NCBI GenBank assembly: GCA_030704615.1
Contig: CM060732.1
Span: 80,848,001 to 80,912,000, forward strand
Source of the DNA: Takakia lepidozioides
Lineage: Eukaryota > Plantae > Bryophyta
Reading direction: 5' to 3'
Length of the DNA stretch: 64,000 nt
This document shows, piece after piece, positions 24,519 to 38,039 of this stretch. The notes under the pieces were generated by a model. The model worked only from the letters and a program-made list of their open reading frames with translations, had not been told where the DNA came from and searched no databases. Each line of letters starts with the position of its first letter. Within the stretch, counting starts at the first letter, position 1. The translations under genes were made by a program, and so were the position numbers.

Positions 24519-24976
24519 GGCCCGCTTTACACTAGGAGTCGAGGCCAAGGGGCCGTCGGGAATGGAGCGATCCTATTGGTCGAGATCTTAAGGCTGGCCC
24601 CAAGACCTTTACACTAGGAGTCGAGGCCGAAATGAAATAATATATTTTATTCTACATAAGTTTGGCCTCAAGTAGGCCCCAAGGGCAGAAGGAGCCCTCA
24701 TGGTTTGGGGGCCACCAAGCCTCCTTGGGGCCCACCTCCCCCACACTATAATACTATTACTTTCCTTCATTCTCCACCGCACGATCTTCTCATCTCCTCC
24801 TTCGGCCCCCACTTCAACATTATACACTACTGCCTGCCCCAAGAGCTTTACACTCGGGGCTGCAGCCCCCAAAGATATGATATTTTAGTGCTTACTTGAG
24901 GCAGGCACTTGTACCCATATTTCCTCTTCTTTGGCCTCAAGATTTGTTGGCCTCGACTCCTAGTGTAAAGTGGGCC
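24519..24976. mobile_element. PIF/Harbinger (Tourist-like) MITE
   Basis: 30-bp TIRs GGCCCGCTTTACACTAGGAGTCGAGGCCAA / TTGGCCTCGACTCCTAGTGTAAAGTGGGCC with a TAA target-site duplication on both sides; an internal extra copy of the TIR core at ~24607. Confidence 0.92.
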
Positions 24977-25760
24977 TAAAAGACAGTGACACTCTAATAT
25001 AGGTCAAAGCCCCATTTTGCTTTGATTTCACTAATGATAGCTGTGATAACTGTGCAGCCTATCTTGTTTTTGCTTTCTATGAATGGCTTCCATCCAATTT
25101 GCATCTTACGACATCTGGCCTTCCAGTGAGGAGATTGCCAAGGTGCATACTTCATGTCAAGTAGGCAGAAAACCAAGCTAGTTCTCCACATCCAAAATCA
25201 CCTCCGGCTTACCCTTGTCTCATCCCATCTTAGGACAATCGGCTACTGAAAATATCAAATCAAACACAACAAGCACATCCATTGGTGTGAATGTACACCG
25301 GGAATTGGCCAGTGGTGTCATTTGATGGCAGGACTCTGGTGCTCTAGTTAGCACCAGTTATTTCATGGGATTTCATGTTGCAGTATGACACAGAAATTGC
25401 CTGCATCGGTGATGGGGTTCTCAAATATGGACATCAGATGCAAAGATAGTGAAGGATGGCTACCTGTGCATGAGGTTCTAACCAGTTTCATGCCTGCAGC
25501 ATATCAGGAGACAAATTTGTGGGTCAAATTTAAGGATCTAATGTTTGTTATTGGGGAGTCTGATGGATGATTTCTAGCTCGTTTGTAGAAACAGATGCAT
25601 ATCTGGACACGAGAGTGTCCCTTACAAAGCTTCTGATGGTACCAGGCTCTTCACTAACAGTTACCTCTCTGAAACCTACCTTCCTGAGTATGCAATATAA
25701 AGTAAAACTGTGTCTCAGAGGAGGAGTCCTGTTGATCTGAGCAGACTAGTCAAGAGTAAG

Positions 25761-28700
25761 CTATCTCACAGTTGCAAGGTTCACAAATGGTCGTGATTTA
25801 AACTGGATCTCTTGAATGCCTTGCCTGCCACATCTCTTAAGTAATGCAGAGACTGACACCTTGATCATGGCTCGCAACACTTCAATTCCATGCTGCAGCT
25901 CTTCTCTTGCAGCTGGGTGCTCAGCCACATTGATCAGCAACTGCAGGAGGGATCAATTGTACATTAGGACTTCGCTTGCTGTAGCATGCATTTGGACAGA
26001 TAGAGTATGTTATTTTGGATACAAATTTTTTCACTAATCATGGAAGTACTTTGGCAAGCTGTAGCCTTGCGATATTTTTTATGTTTGTCATGAGATATGC
26101 CCTTGTTGTAAGAACGTCTATGAGGTATCACAATCTCAGGCTTGGGTTGCTTGCCAGTTTGCATGAGGGAGAAAGCAGCAGAAATTTATAACATCCATTG
26201 ACACTGGACACTTGAAAGATGTCATTTAAGTGGCAGTGCCTTCAATTTTTGGTCTTGATACGAATGCATTTGCAAATCGTGGGACTTGTCATGTCTCACG
26301 CCTGTTCGGAAAAGAATGAAATGTGCAAAGAAGTGGGAAAGTTCCCGAACCTGAAGGATGTGAAGGCAAAGTTGATCATCAGTGAGATCAAGCATGGGGA
26401 CCAATACTGGGATACCTTGTGCAATTATGATTGCCTTCTTGCCGTCAATGGCAATTGTAATGCTGCACATCACACTCGAATGTCAACATCGCTTGACGTG
26501 AGCATGATTGGCATTGGAAATTCCTTGTGTATGATCCATCTTCATTGAACATCTATTGGGAAACACTTACCTCATGAGCGCGGCTGCGCCAAAAGCCTGT
26601 ATGCGTGGTTCAATGTGATGGAGGAATGGGACTAGCACTTCCACTGCGTTTCTATCCACCGCTTGTGCCTTTCCAACAGGGTCAAAGCTGCCCTCCCCCA
26701 ATGACACACACCATTTGTGACTTGCAATTACTTTCGTATATATGCACATGTATGTTTTATGAGTAACTGCTCCAATTGCGTTCGCAAGATGAGGCAGAGC
26801 ACACTTGAGCAAGAATACAATGTTTATGAGGCCCCGGAATACCAATCCAGGCCTGCATATGCCTGAAAAAACTCAGCCCCATTTCCTGATAAGTAGGAAG
26901 CACCGACTGCTGCTCCGAGATCATGGTGGTTGCCGAAGGCTACAACATGAGGGTGGTCTATACACGGCCATGAATTGAAATTCAGCCGCGGAATTGCAAA
27001 GGTTCACTTCCCTTCTATCCCTGGCTATAGCTGTCGGTAACTCATCTTGGTAATGGTCTCATTGGCTGATAAGACCATCGTGAAGTGGTCATTTCTTCGT
27101 TCTACCCTGTCACATAGGCCCTTGTGGGTCCATGTAGACGTTGTAAAGTTACTTTCTTTCTTGCCTCACTCCGACTCTCTTGCTTGTTTTTTTCGCTTTC
27201 TCTTGTCCTATAAGCTCTCTTTCCGGAAGTTCATTTCATTTCTTACTTTTATTCCTTTTACTCCTTCCCACCTTGACCTCCCAAAAGTTGAATGTGACCG
27301 CAAGGCGAAGTGGCTCTTAGTTACGCATGCTTCGGCCGGAGTCTTCTCTCTCTCTGACCATTCATTTTTGACCAGATGTCTAGTAATCGTCAAAGAATTT
27401 TGGTTCACCAATGCATCTAAGAGTGTGGTCCGGAATATTCACCAAAGAAGGCACAAAAACCGAGTGGCTGCCTCCTTCAAGTCAAGAAAGTCACTGAATA
27501 GCAATCGGAATGCCGTTGGCACAGCATCCACCTTCAACACGGCCATTTCCAGGCACGTCACTATTTTTCGTCAGTATTCTTCGAGAGGATAGAATGAAAG
27601 GAGTAGGTTGTTGAGAATACAGTTGCGGACCACAAACAGCAGAATAACTGTGAAGAGAGTAATAAAAATTGGAGAAACGTGAGGGAGCTAGGTTCGTTTC
27701 AAGGACAACTAGAGAATACACAAGTGGCGATCTTCTTAATCTCATTTATTTGGAAGAGAATATATGATCATCAACAAAGGATGTTCGGTTTGTTAGTGTA
27801 ATTGATTGCTTTTCGACTAGGAACATACAATGAAATCCCGGTTTCTGTAGCATGAACATTCAAAGAAAACCGACCTTCAACAGTTCTGTGAGGGCCTTTT
27901 GGTCGTAGTTCAAGCCTGCAACACACTTGGAAAGAATATCCAGGGCCACGATCTTACAGTATCTGTCCTTTTCTTGATTGATTCGCTTCAAGATAAAAGT
28001 GAGTGTTGTCCCGTTGTTTACAAGCTCTGCCCTCACTGTTGAGCACCATGAGAGGACGTGGACCATACCACACAAACACTTCAAATTCTAGTCTGGACTC
28101 TGATAGGGCTTCTTGTTCCGAGGTCCACACCATCGTTGGTGCTAGTGGTCCTCGCCCTAGGAAGAAGTGCTATTCAGACTAAAGTGCAGACGCTCAAATT
28201 ATACAGCGGCTTCCTATGTATTGTCTCATATTTTGGTTGGTTTTCTCTTCCCGACAACAAAGGATAATCGATATAGAATCTATACATAACAAATGTCCTC
28301 CCGATGTCCAGCATATCAGATATTTGAGCAGTTACTCATTCAGAATTCATTCATGTGAGAGTATTATGATCGCTGGCAGTTAAGCGACTCTGTAAATCAG
28401 GCCCGGAGAATTTGTTCGAGAGTGATTATTTCCCAGAGACGTTCAAGTTAAAACAGCTGCATTGTTAACTCAATATATCTGATCGGGGTTTAGTATTGCA
28501 CCGAGAGTCACAAACTAGTGGAGGGACAGAGAGACCTTGATCAGAGAGGGCTGCATCATTGAGAGCAGTTAGAGCATTTCCCCTCAAAATGATGTTGTTG
28601 TCTGCCACCTGCATGGTCACAGCTTCCAAATGGTGAAACGCTACATATTAAACTGCCGTCTCAAGAACACTCTCTTGCACATGATTCAAGTTATGATGCA

Positions 28701-30959
28701 GTTGACATTATTGATATCAATTGATGGTCTGTGTAGCTTGACGTCTCTCTATCATGTGGCTTCGAACCCGTATATATTTGTGTATATTCAATTATCTTTC
28801 TGATACTGGGAGGTAGAATGGTACCATTCCAACGAGGCCCTTGATACACCCTAGTGTACATAGATCACTCCACGCTGTATCTGAAGCTGCATACAGAAAC
28901 CAGTCGCATAGGAGCAATTCAACTAGTACATTCAATCAAAGACTAAATATCCGGGCCAGCGGGCACTTTCTTCGCCGATAAGGCAAAAAATTTGACCATC
29001 CATATGTGACGACTTACTTGGCCTAGTACTATCACTAACAACTAACAAATTAAGAAAAATGAGTCCACCCTAGAAGTTGGGAGACTGTAATGATTTAGTG
29101 GAGGACAAAATAAAAGACCCCAGGTGGAGACAATTTCTTAGGGAAGGAAACATTCTATCGCTGGAGATTCCTAATAAACACTCGAGATGTTTTCAATTCT
29201 TCTTTGGGAGCAATTTTTCAAAATTTCAGAATTTTCAGAGTTGATTTTCTTGTAGCTCCTTTTCCGGGGCGCTCAAGAATGGGCAGCCAGAACCTCAAAG
29301 TTTATGATTTTGCTACAGGCTGAATCTATGGAATTCGACGGTGAACAGTTGGAGGAAATTTCAGGGTTACTTAAGATGAAATTCTGATGGTTTTGAGAGT
29401 CAGATTGGATTCTCCTTTAGAGAGGGAGAATGCCCAAAGGGATATCTAGAGTGCTTATGCTGCCATGCATGTGAAACAGTCTGAATAATAAATATCACGC
29501 ACGAGAAGATTCCCTACCGATTACTCAGAAAAGAGAGGGAAGAAAGAAAAACATTTAACAAAGTCTGGATCTAGGACTTGTATAGTAGCTCCCAACACTG
29601 GGATAATGTCCAGATGACGTAAGTACCTTGCCAAGTATTCAAAAAATATTGAATCCAAGGGGCAGAGCGGCGCCCATGGTACGTCATTGAGAAAGAATCG
29701 ACCTCTGCTATCCGAAGTGGTAGCGGTCAAGTCAAGCCAACGCAAGGCAAGATGGACAGAGACAATTCACCTGCGGCGTACTTGAAACAAAGGGCAAGCG
29801 ATTGCTGAATGTACATGTCTCTTTCTTTCACCATATTTGCAAGAATAGGTAGAAAACCTGTCATCGTAGGAAACAAATACTTGAGGTTCCAATGTGTGAA
29901 GTCAAGCTTTGTTCCATTGAGACATCCCTATACAACATCATGAACAACTCTTCATCCAGCTAGTCATTTGAACACCATTTTCCATTGAGATTTTTTTTTT
30001 CCGTGGGATTGTTACTCAAAATAAGGACGGAGCTCACCAGCAGCAAGACAACGTACACGACTGTCTGGAACACAGAGGAGCTCAACACACCATGTGATAG
30101 ACTTTTGTCGGACAACAATATCCTTGTCCTTCAGCAACCGCATCTATGATCCACGATCCATGAATTCACGAAGTATATAAAAAAGTTAGTTAATAAGCTC
30201 TATATGTTCCTCGAAAGCTGACTTCTGACATTGTCTGCACATAAGTGGAGATAGGACGTTCGAACGCAATGAGGCACTGATCTTACTTTCGCCTATAAAT
30301 CACGATCACTACAATCCTTGAATAGTGAGTATTTTTTCTACATATCACATAAATCCTTTCGCACTCTCACTCGAGATAGAATCTGCAGTTTTAGTTTCAA
30401 TGTGGAACCTTCCATGCATGGAAACGAATTCATGTGCTCAAAGAAAAAATGCTTTTAGATCGGGAATGTAGAAGCTTGTTATCAAACCGAGCAAAATTTT
30501 CCTTTCTAATAACCACAATTTAAATTGTCGACTTTGCTTGTTTTCGGTTGAGCACTTCCAAGTGAATGGCGGTTGAATCGAAATATCAAACTTGAGACGG
30601 TTATGGTGTGCATAAGGTTCGATACTAGCCAGGAATGAACTCTTGAAGAACAAACACTAGATCTATCCACCATAATAATGCAAGCCTGCACTCACAATCT
30701 TAGGATACATGAAGTTTCCAAAGGCGAGACTGATGTTGGTAGCAGCCTTTGGCATCGGGGGAGGGTACAAAGCCCGCTGTACAAGCTGGTCACCTGGGGG
30801 GAGCTCACATTTCAGCAAAGGATATCCCTCTTCACAATCAGGCACATTCATGAATTTCACCATATCCTCTGTTCGCATTTGTTGGTCCGCATAACGCCAT
30901 ATCAAATACTGCTCAATCGTCTTGTCCTGTAACGAGTTTGCGAACGCCATTGCAGGCAT
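25761..30959 (-). CDS. RSPH14: Radial spoke head 14 homolog (armadillo-repeat flagellar protein)
   Basis: Exons read ...TNISLAFGNFMYPKI | MRLLKDKDIVVRQKSI | ... | FDPVGKAQAVDRNAVEVLVPFL..AAALM | SITIAIDGKKAII..GIPVLVPML | LLINVAEHPAAREEL..IQEIQFK, colinear with RSPH14 (ITTAYG.RALPKL, EGKKQ, AAGALM, LAEAP.GRK.L, IEFKP). Middle exons (~28500-29900) are only partly resolved. Confidence 0.82.
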
Positions 30960-32052
30960 GGTGCTTGATTGTGATTTCAGAAGACTTTTTTGTAGTGACC
31001 AGATCGAAATTGGAATCTCTGTGCAGTTGAGGCAATGACGCCGGATGTTTCTTTGTACTCCAATTAGTTCATGAATATTCCTGAGGGGTCGAGATCTGGA
31101 TTTTCAAGACCACCATGGATTAAAAAGGACTGAGCGTTCGACGGATTACGTAATTTAAGTCCTTTGGTTTGGAGTTTTTGATTCCTTGGCTATTAATTCT
31201 GTCCCTACATGAACAATATTCACTAGAGCTCCAACGATCACTATGAAGATTTTGATTTAAGAAATTATCTAGCATTTACCAGTAGACCTGATCGAGATAT
31301 TTTTGTTCAAGATTCCCATTTCGATTTTCGACATTCATTTAGAGGTCTACAGTTGTTAAACATCTGCTGTGCAAATTTTGGTTTCCGTGTATCAATTGAT
31401 CACAGACAAATGACATTGGTTGACAGAGATTTTAAGAAAAACAGTTGTACTTGTTCTCAATCCCTCAGTCTTCAGGAGATTGCAGATTTTGATTCCGGGT
31501 TGATTCCTTTCCTGTTTCTTTGTAGGTCTTGCCAGATCCTCTCTCTTCTTACCGTGGTCGACAGAGGTGCGTGCTGTTTCCTTGAAAACGACCAGCGTGC
31601 AACCCTGCCGCCTCGAAACAGCCGCTGCAGATCACCAGATTGTAAGCTCAGCTGCAGGTCGGTTATAACTTCTAACCCTGCCTGACTCTGAAAGTTAGTA
31701 TCGAAAGACTTTCCTCCAAAGAGGACTTATGTGCGAAGAACCGAGCTTAATATCCATTCATTAAGACAACCAAGCTGTAGCCCTGTGGTAATGGACATAC
31801 TTACCACCTCCGTAAAGAACTAGGGCTAATTCCTCTTTATAAATTTCTGCGCGTTATCCAACGTGGTATCCACACGAGTACCAGTAATGCACCGGTGCAT
31901 TGGGTGCATTACACGAGTGTGTAATGCACGCACACCTGCGATATTTCTTTATCCTTACCTCAAAGATCTTTTTTCAGGGCAAGCTACTGGCGGGGAGAAA
32001 GCATAAAGAAAGGATGAAAAGATAAGAAAATCATCCCATTTCTTTACGCAGG

Positions 32053-32146
32053 GTAATGCCCTGAGTGGAGGGCATTCCTGGATTTGAGGGCACTGGCCCT
32101 AAGGAAGGCCCGAAAATCCGGGGATGCCCTCCACTCAGGGCATTAC
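32053..32146. repeat. Long near-perfect inverted repeat (hairpin)
   Basis: GTAATGCCCTGAGTGGAGGGCAT pairs perfectly with ATGCCCTCCACTCAGGGCATTAC (23 bp), extended inward by tcctggattt/aaatccgggg. Confidence 0.85.
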
Positions 32147-33059
32147 ATGGCATAAAGCACGTGCACCAAAAAGGTCCTGCGGGCATTCCTGGGCACTATG
32201 TCCCAAGCCCTTTTAGGATAGTGCCGCGGGCTCCCTTCCTCATGAAATGTTTTTTTTATTATTTTCACTAAATCGGGCCGAATGATACAAGACACAATAG
32301 AATCCATAGCGCTTTACTAAAATTGATATTCGTCACACACGATCATAACAATTATTAAATTCACAATCATTTTTATTGTCCATCATTAATCAAACACAAA
32401 CATTCGACCATTTCAAAGTTTTGTCCCTAGGTGACTCAAGGGTTATGGACCAAATCAAATCAAAAGGGTTATGAGAGTCTTCTACCCAAATACAGCCATT
32501 TCAATAAAAAACCATTGTTCTCATGGCTCACTGCCGAAGCATGGGACTGAACCAATGTGTTAGTTTGGCAACCATGAAATCATAGATTGGCAACCATGAA
32601 ATCATAGAAACGATGCCATTTCACCACATGAATTTGATTTAGTTTGTAAGCACAAAATGAGGAAAAAACTGCTACACACATTGTGCTTGTCCGAGGCCAT
32701 CGAGAATTATGTGCATTATTCCTTTACTTCTAACACAAAATTTTCAATAGTTTTATGCAATCCGACAATTAATATAATTATCAAGTATATCGAACTCTAC
32801 TAGATCAGACCAACTTGGGATCTTACCCGCCTGGCCCCGGGTAACCACCGGTTCCAGTTCCGGTTATGTGGAACCGGACCCGCCTATGCAGAACCGGAAC
32901 CGGAACCGGAACCGCTCATTGGGGATTGTGTGGGAACCGGAACCGGCGGTTCCAGCTACGACGACATGTGTGGGAACCAGCGGTTCCGGCTCCAAAGCGG
33001 TTCTGGTTCCGGTTCCGGTCCACCCGTAGGCTGTAGCCCTAAATGTCTCTAGTCTCTAC

Positions 33060-35804
33060 GTCCCCAAAACGCGGCCCGAGCTCGGATTGGCCTCCGGCCC
33101 CTTCAGTGGGACGACCGTCTTGCAGGTTACGCACACTGGTGGGCCGTTGAAAGACGAGAGTATGGCGATTGCCAACTCCAGCACTCGGGAGGGCCAGCTG
33201 CAACTACTAGTCGCCCGCTCAGCATTGTTGCGGCGACGAAGAAGGCCGTTGTGGTGCTCAAAGGAACTTCGAACGTAGAAGGCGTTGTCAATTTGGTCCA
33301 AGAAGATGATGGTTATTTCTGAAGACCTCTCTGATTGTGGTTTTGCATGTTGTGAAGAAATGTAGATATAGCTGTCAGACGAAATGAAAATGAAACATTG
33401 TGATCTTTGTTATAGATGGGAGTGAAAGTGATCATGGTACTGTTTGTTTAGGGTTTGGAGATGTATTTAGCTCCAACGGGGCATGCGATTGAAGAACGGT
33501 TTTAGAACACATAATTCGCTGGCCGTGGTTTCTGCTGAATTCTCCCTACTTAAAACTTGAGACATTCCCCAGCGTCTTTGCATGCTGGGACCAGAATGCC
33601 TGACAATGGCAGTGTGCGACCACTTTATCCCTATCATATGATTAATGCATTCCAGACATCGAACAGAACTACCGTGAGAACACATTGCACGGGAATCCCT
33701 GAACCACCACGGAGGAAGAATCTCTAAAGTTCGCATCTGCAGTAGGAGTAAGCGCTAGGGATTTGGATTCACATCCGCTAAGGCGAGAGGTCAGTTGAGG
33801 CCCTCCAAATTATACACAAAGAAATTTGTGTAGTTCTATTTCTGCACTCTGACTTTCGCCACTCTTTCCAGACTGTGTTGTTTGTTGTGCCTCAGTATGG
33901 CAATATTGGGACAAAGTCAGATAGAGACAGTATCCTGTGGGGACTACACTTTAAGGAAAATTGTTTTTCGACCAAGTTTGAATAGGGAGGTGTGATTTTT
34001 GAGCAGGTCCCACAACGGTGAATGTGAAGATTACTGGCCTTGCACCTGGCAAGCATGGTTTTCACCTAGTAACCACTTTTGGCTTCAACTTTTTGCTTTT
34101 GCATCTTTATATCCGAGATTGGAACATGTATAAGTAATGCCACTCTTGAATGGCAGAGGCCTAGCTCTGGAGAAGCACACATTTTGGAACTTGTGATTAA
34201 TTTTTATTATTTGTTGCTCAATCCACTTCAAGGTTTTGCAGAAATTTGGGAGGCTTCGCATTGTATGACTGCTGCGTTTCAGCTGGTCATGAATTTATCT
34301 GCCATTGTGCTTTGGGACACCAAGGGCTTTCAACTCCTAGAAGTGTACTGATTGAGGGAGAGAGAAAAGGGATGACGGGCTTTCTAGTGGAGCAATTTTT
34401 CCGGGTGCTGGGGTGGGCTTTCCTTCCAGTTATGAGCAGCGTGGTATGATGGTTGCAGGTCTTTTTTCATCCAAATAGCCAGGGCAGGTGTTCCTCTTTT
34501 CGCTGTGTGTCAGGGAATCTTGAACAATGTTGACTGGCGAGAGGAGGTATGTGAGCAGCCATCCCCCCGTCTCTTCCATCCTCTCCTTCAGGGGCTCTCT
34601 CGTTCATAGTTTCTGGCTACTCCACGTGGCACTGCATTCTGGCTGTCTTCACTTGTTTATCTTGTACGTCCGTCATTTTCTAAGCAATTCCCTGTCATTC
34701 TACCTACTTGTTCACCCTTCCCTGGCCAGACCTGCTCTTACAAGGTTTGACAGTCATCATTGTCTTACTTTTTGCACTCTTACTGTCGCGACCCTTTGCC
34801 TTGAGGGTAGGGGGGTCGGGACACATGAGGGGCTGCCCCTGTGGTGGGGGCAGCGGCAGCGATAGGTATGGGGGGCTGAAGCACCCTTGAGTGCCCAAGG
34901 CACTCAGGGAAGTGAAAGCGCTCACTAGGTGGAGCCCCGCACACCGGGTTGCGGTGGGGGTGGCTCCACAAGGGGTGGTGGTAGCTTAGCGGGACTTAGT
35001 GGGGGTGGCATAGGACTCACCATAGGGGCGGAGACCTCGTGGTGGGAGTCGTGGGGAGTCTTGGGACTCATCACGGTCCATAGGGGCCGTGGTGAGTGGG
35101 CAAAGACTCACCGCGACTCATCACCGGGAGTCGAGGGTTTTCGTGGTGGTTCGCCATAAAATGGCATGGCTGGTTGTGAAACCCCCGCGGACAGCTACAG
35201 AAGTATATATAAGGGGAGTAGTGACCCCAAGAACGGTGCAAGCCCGTTGGTGACCAAAAACTAGTGAGTAAGCGAGCGAGCCGGAAAGCGACCAAAGAGT
35301 GGGGAGCTGTTCCGGACTGCCATCTACCAAAGGGAATTCTCCTAGTCCCAAATAGGTGGAGGGTTTAGTGGGAAGCGAAGGGGGACCGTTATGTCCCGGT
35401 GAGCAGCCGAAGCTCCAAGTTGGCCCGGGCGGCCAGGTTGGGAGTCAGGCGCGCGCATCAAAGCGAGTAACTATGACTTGAAGGGGAGCTTACCGAAGTG
35501 AGGTGCGCGACACTTACAGTGTCAGGCATGCTTATATTATGGACACTATCATCTTCCACCTTCTGAAAGACCATGTCTCCAGACCCTTGTTGTTAAGCTT
35601 GACCTAACTTCACTACTGGAAAACTTGCATTAAGCGAGTTGTCCAAGTGTGAGGTTGTGGTCTGTTGCATGGGTTGGAGTTGTGAAATCGATGTGTATTG
35701 CTACCTGGAATATGTGTGGGTTTTAAGGTTACAGTTCAATGGTAGATTTTAATGATGTATTTGGGTTGAGTTGTTGCAGCACACCCACCAATGGATGCAT
35801 GTCT
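33060..35804 (+). pseudogene. CSD2: Fragment of chloroplast Cu/Zn superoxide dismutase gene (exons 1-3 with introns)
   Basis: Exon 1 ends at 33311 ([33 protein letters not shown]), exon 2 is 34007-34068 (GPTTVNVKITGLAPGKHGFHL), and a damaged exon 3 at 35780-35804 reads H..TNGCMS with EFGD deleted. GT/AG boundaries are in phase. The C-terminal half is absent. Confidence 0.9.
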
Positions 35805-36289
35805 TTGTTAACACAGTTCACTTTTAGCCTCATAGTTTTGTATACTAGCATATGAAGGGTTAACCCATGGAATCATCACTCTAGTGACCTCCTATGATAC
35901 TTTATGCCTGCACCTGTGTTTGGAATGTGCCACCAGTTTGTATCTGTTAAATCCTCTATGCTATTAAAAATGTGCTAAATGCTAAGTGTGTTGTCGTGGC
36001 CTTCTCTAGGGCTTTTGCAATTACCTTTCAGTAGAGATTACAGAAAGTCAACTTGGTCTTGGTTGTCAGTGATTTAGTCATTCAGTCGTCTCCAAGTGCT
36101 GTTCAGCTACTGAAGAGGGCTTTTCAAAAGAGAATGATCTAAGCAATCGAGTGGATATCAATGCTGTAGCAAGTAGAGTTAGTGACGTTGGTAAGCATCC
36201 ACCACTTTTGGTTATTTTACTGTTTTTAGCTTTAGTTCACCATGAAGCTAATGAGCTTCCTCCTTTTCTTATGGCATGTGGTGCAAGAG

Positions 36290-37760
36290 GTAAGGAGGAC
36301 GAGTAAAGAGGGCCCACCTGCAACCAGGCCCCTTGGTCCATGGTAATCATTGATCATCATTCTTCTTCTTTTTTCTTTTTTTTTCCTGTTTTCTTTGATG
36401 ATATACCAAGGGGCTGATAGCCCCTTGCTCCACTATGGTAGATTTTACATTGGAGGGAGCACAAGCAAAGAGGGGCCCGCCAACCAGCCCACATTACCCA
36501 CTGGTAAGTATCTTCCCTTTCTTTAAAAATTTTTAATTCTTGATACAATTGGGGGTTGATAGGATAGCTCCTTTGGCTTCTGTTATAGCAGATTATGCAT
36601 GAGAGGGAGGGAGCCCAAAGTAGGGAGGGACCTGCCAACCAGCCACCATTACCCGCTTGAACTCCCTTTCATTGAGCTTTATTTTTTTAGTTGTTTAAAT
36701 TTTTATTAAAAGAGGGGCTGATTAGCCCATTGCTCTTGTGCTACGGCTGATCGTGCATGGGAGGGAAATGAGGGCAAGTAGGAAGGCTGGCCAACCAGCC
36801 CCTCTTGCACCGCACATGTAAGCATCCATCTTCATTTTTTTTCCCCATAAAATTGGTATAGCAAGGGCTGATTAGCCGTTGCTAATGCAGATCACACACA
36901 AGAAGGAAGTCCAGTGCAAGTAAAAAAACATGTCAACCAGCCCCTCTCATCTTGTAGTAAGCCCCCACCCTTTATCTTAGTTTTTAAATGTTATTCTTTC
37001 CAATGTGTGGTACAACAAAAGGCTGATTCGCCCTTCCTCATAGTGATATGTTGCACTTGGGAAGGGAGCAGAAATAAGAGGTCTCTTGACCCGCCAACCA
37101 GCCCCCATTACCTGCGTGTACTTCCCCTTCATTGTTCTTTATTTTCTTAATTATCTTAAGTTTGTGATATAAGAGGAGCTGATTAGCCCCTTGCTCTTTT
37201 GCTATTGTAGATCGTGCATGGGAGGGAAAGAGGGCAAGTAGGGAGGCATTCCAACCAGCCCCCGTTCCACCACACATGTAAGCATGCCCCTAATTCAATG
37301 TTGCATATTTTTTTTTTCCCATAAAATTGGCATAGCAAGGGGCTGATCAGCCCCCTACTCTGTTGCTATGTAGATCACACACAAGAAGGAGGAGTGCGAG
37401 TTTAGAGCCCGCTAACCAGCCCCCTCATCCTATGGTAAGCCCCCACCCTTTAATAGCTTAGTTTTTTATTTTATTTTTTCCAATGTGTGGTACATCAGAG
37501 GGATGATTTGTTCCTCCTCTCATAGTGAAAGTTTGAACTCGGAAAGGGGAGCACAAATATCAAGAAGGCTTGACAGCCAGCCCCTACCTCTTGTGGACAA
37601 TCACCCCACTTTAAAAGCTTCATAATTTTTAGTTATAACTCTTCATGTTGTGATACAACAAGGACTGATTTATTTATATGTGGTGGGGGCATTGCAGATC
37701 ATCTCCCAAGGCATGAAGTAGCCAAGCCGACCACTGAAGCATAAGACTGGTCCACCCCCA
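36290..37760 (+). repeat. Degenerate tandem array (~9 x ~155 bp) of exon-intron-like units
   Basis: Recurring ggctgattagcccc.ttgctc...ag|atc...caaccagccc...|gtaag units at ~36410, 36715, 36865, 37020, 37177, 37340, 37500 and 37660. Confidence 0.75.
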
Positions 37761-38039
37761 ACTTGCTAGGTAATTTTTGTAATTTGAAAATGTAAATGTA
37801 CATGTACTAGATAAAAAAAATAATGTAGATCTAAATGTAGGCCATGTATGTAACATTCAGCTCAATATGACATAATAAATTGAGCAGTGCGGTGTCTCTC
37901 CCCACACTTTCGTTTTGGCCAGCCATATACCATCCCAAACTTTTGTAAATATATGAGTTTTGCACAATTATTAAATGCCTTTTGGATTCTTTGTTTGCAT
38001 TGTTTTTACACAGGAGTTGTTCCACAAGCTTTTTATGTC

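Noticed and set aside
35466-35479. GAGTAACTATGACT match to a conserved large-subunit rRNA segment near the R2 target site
   Set aside because: Only 14 bp and the flanks do not continue the rRNA sequence; compatible with chance.
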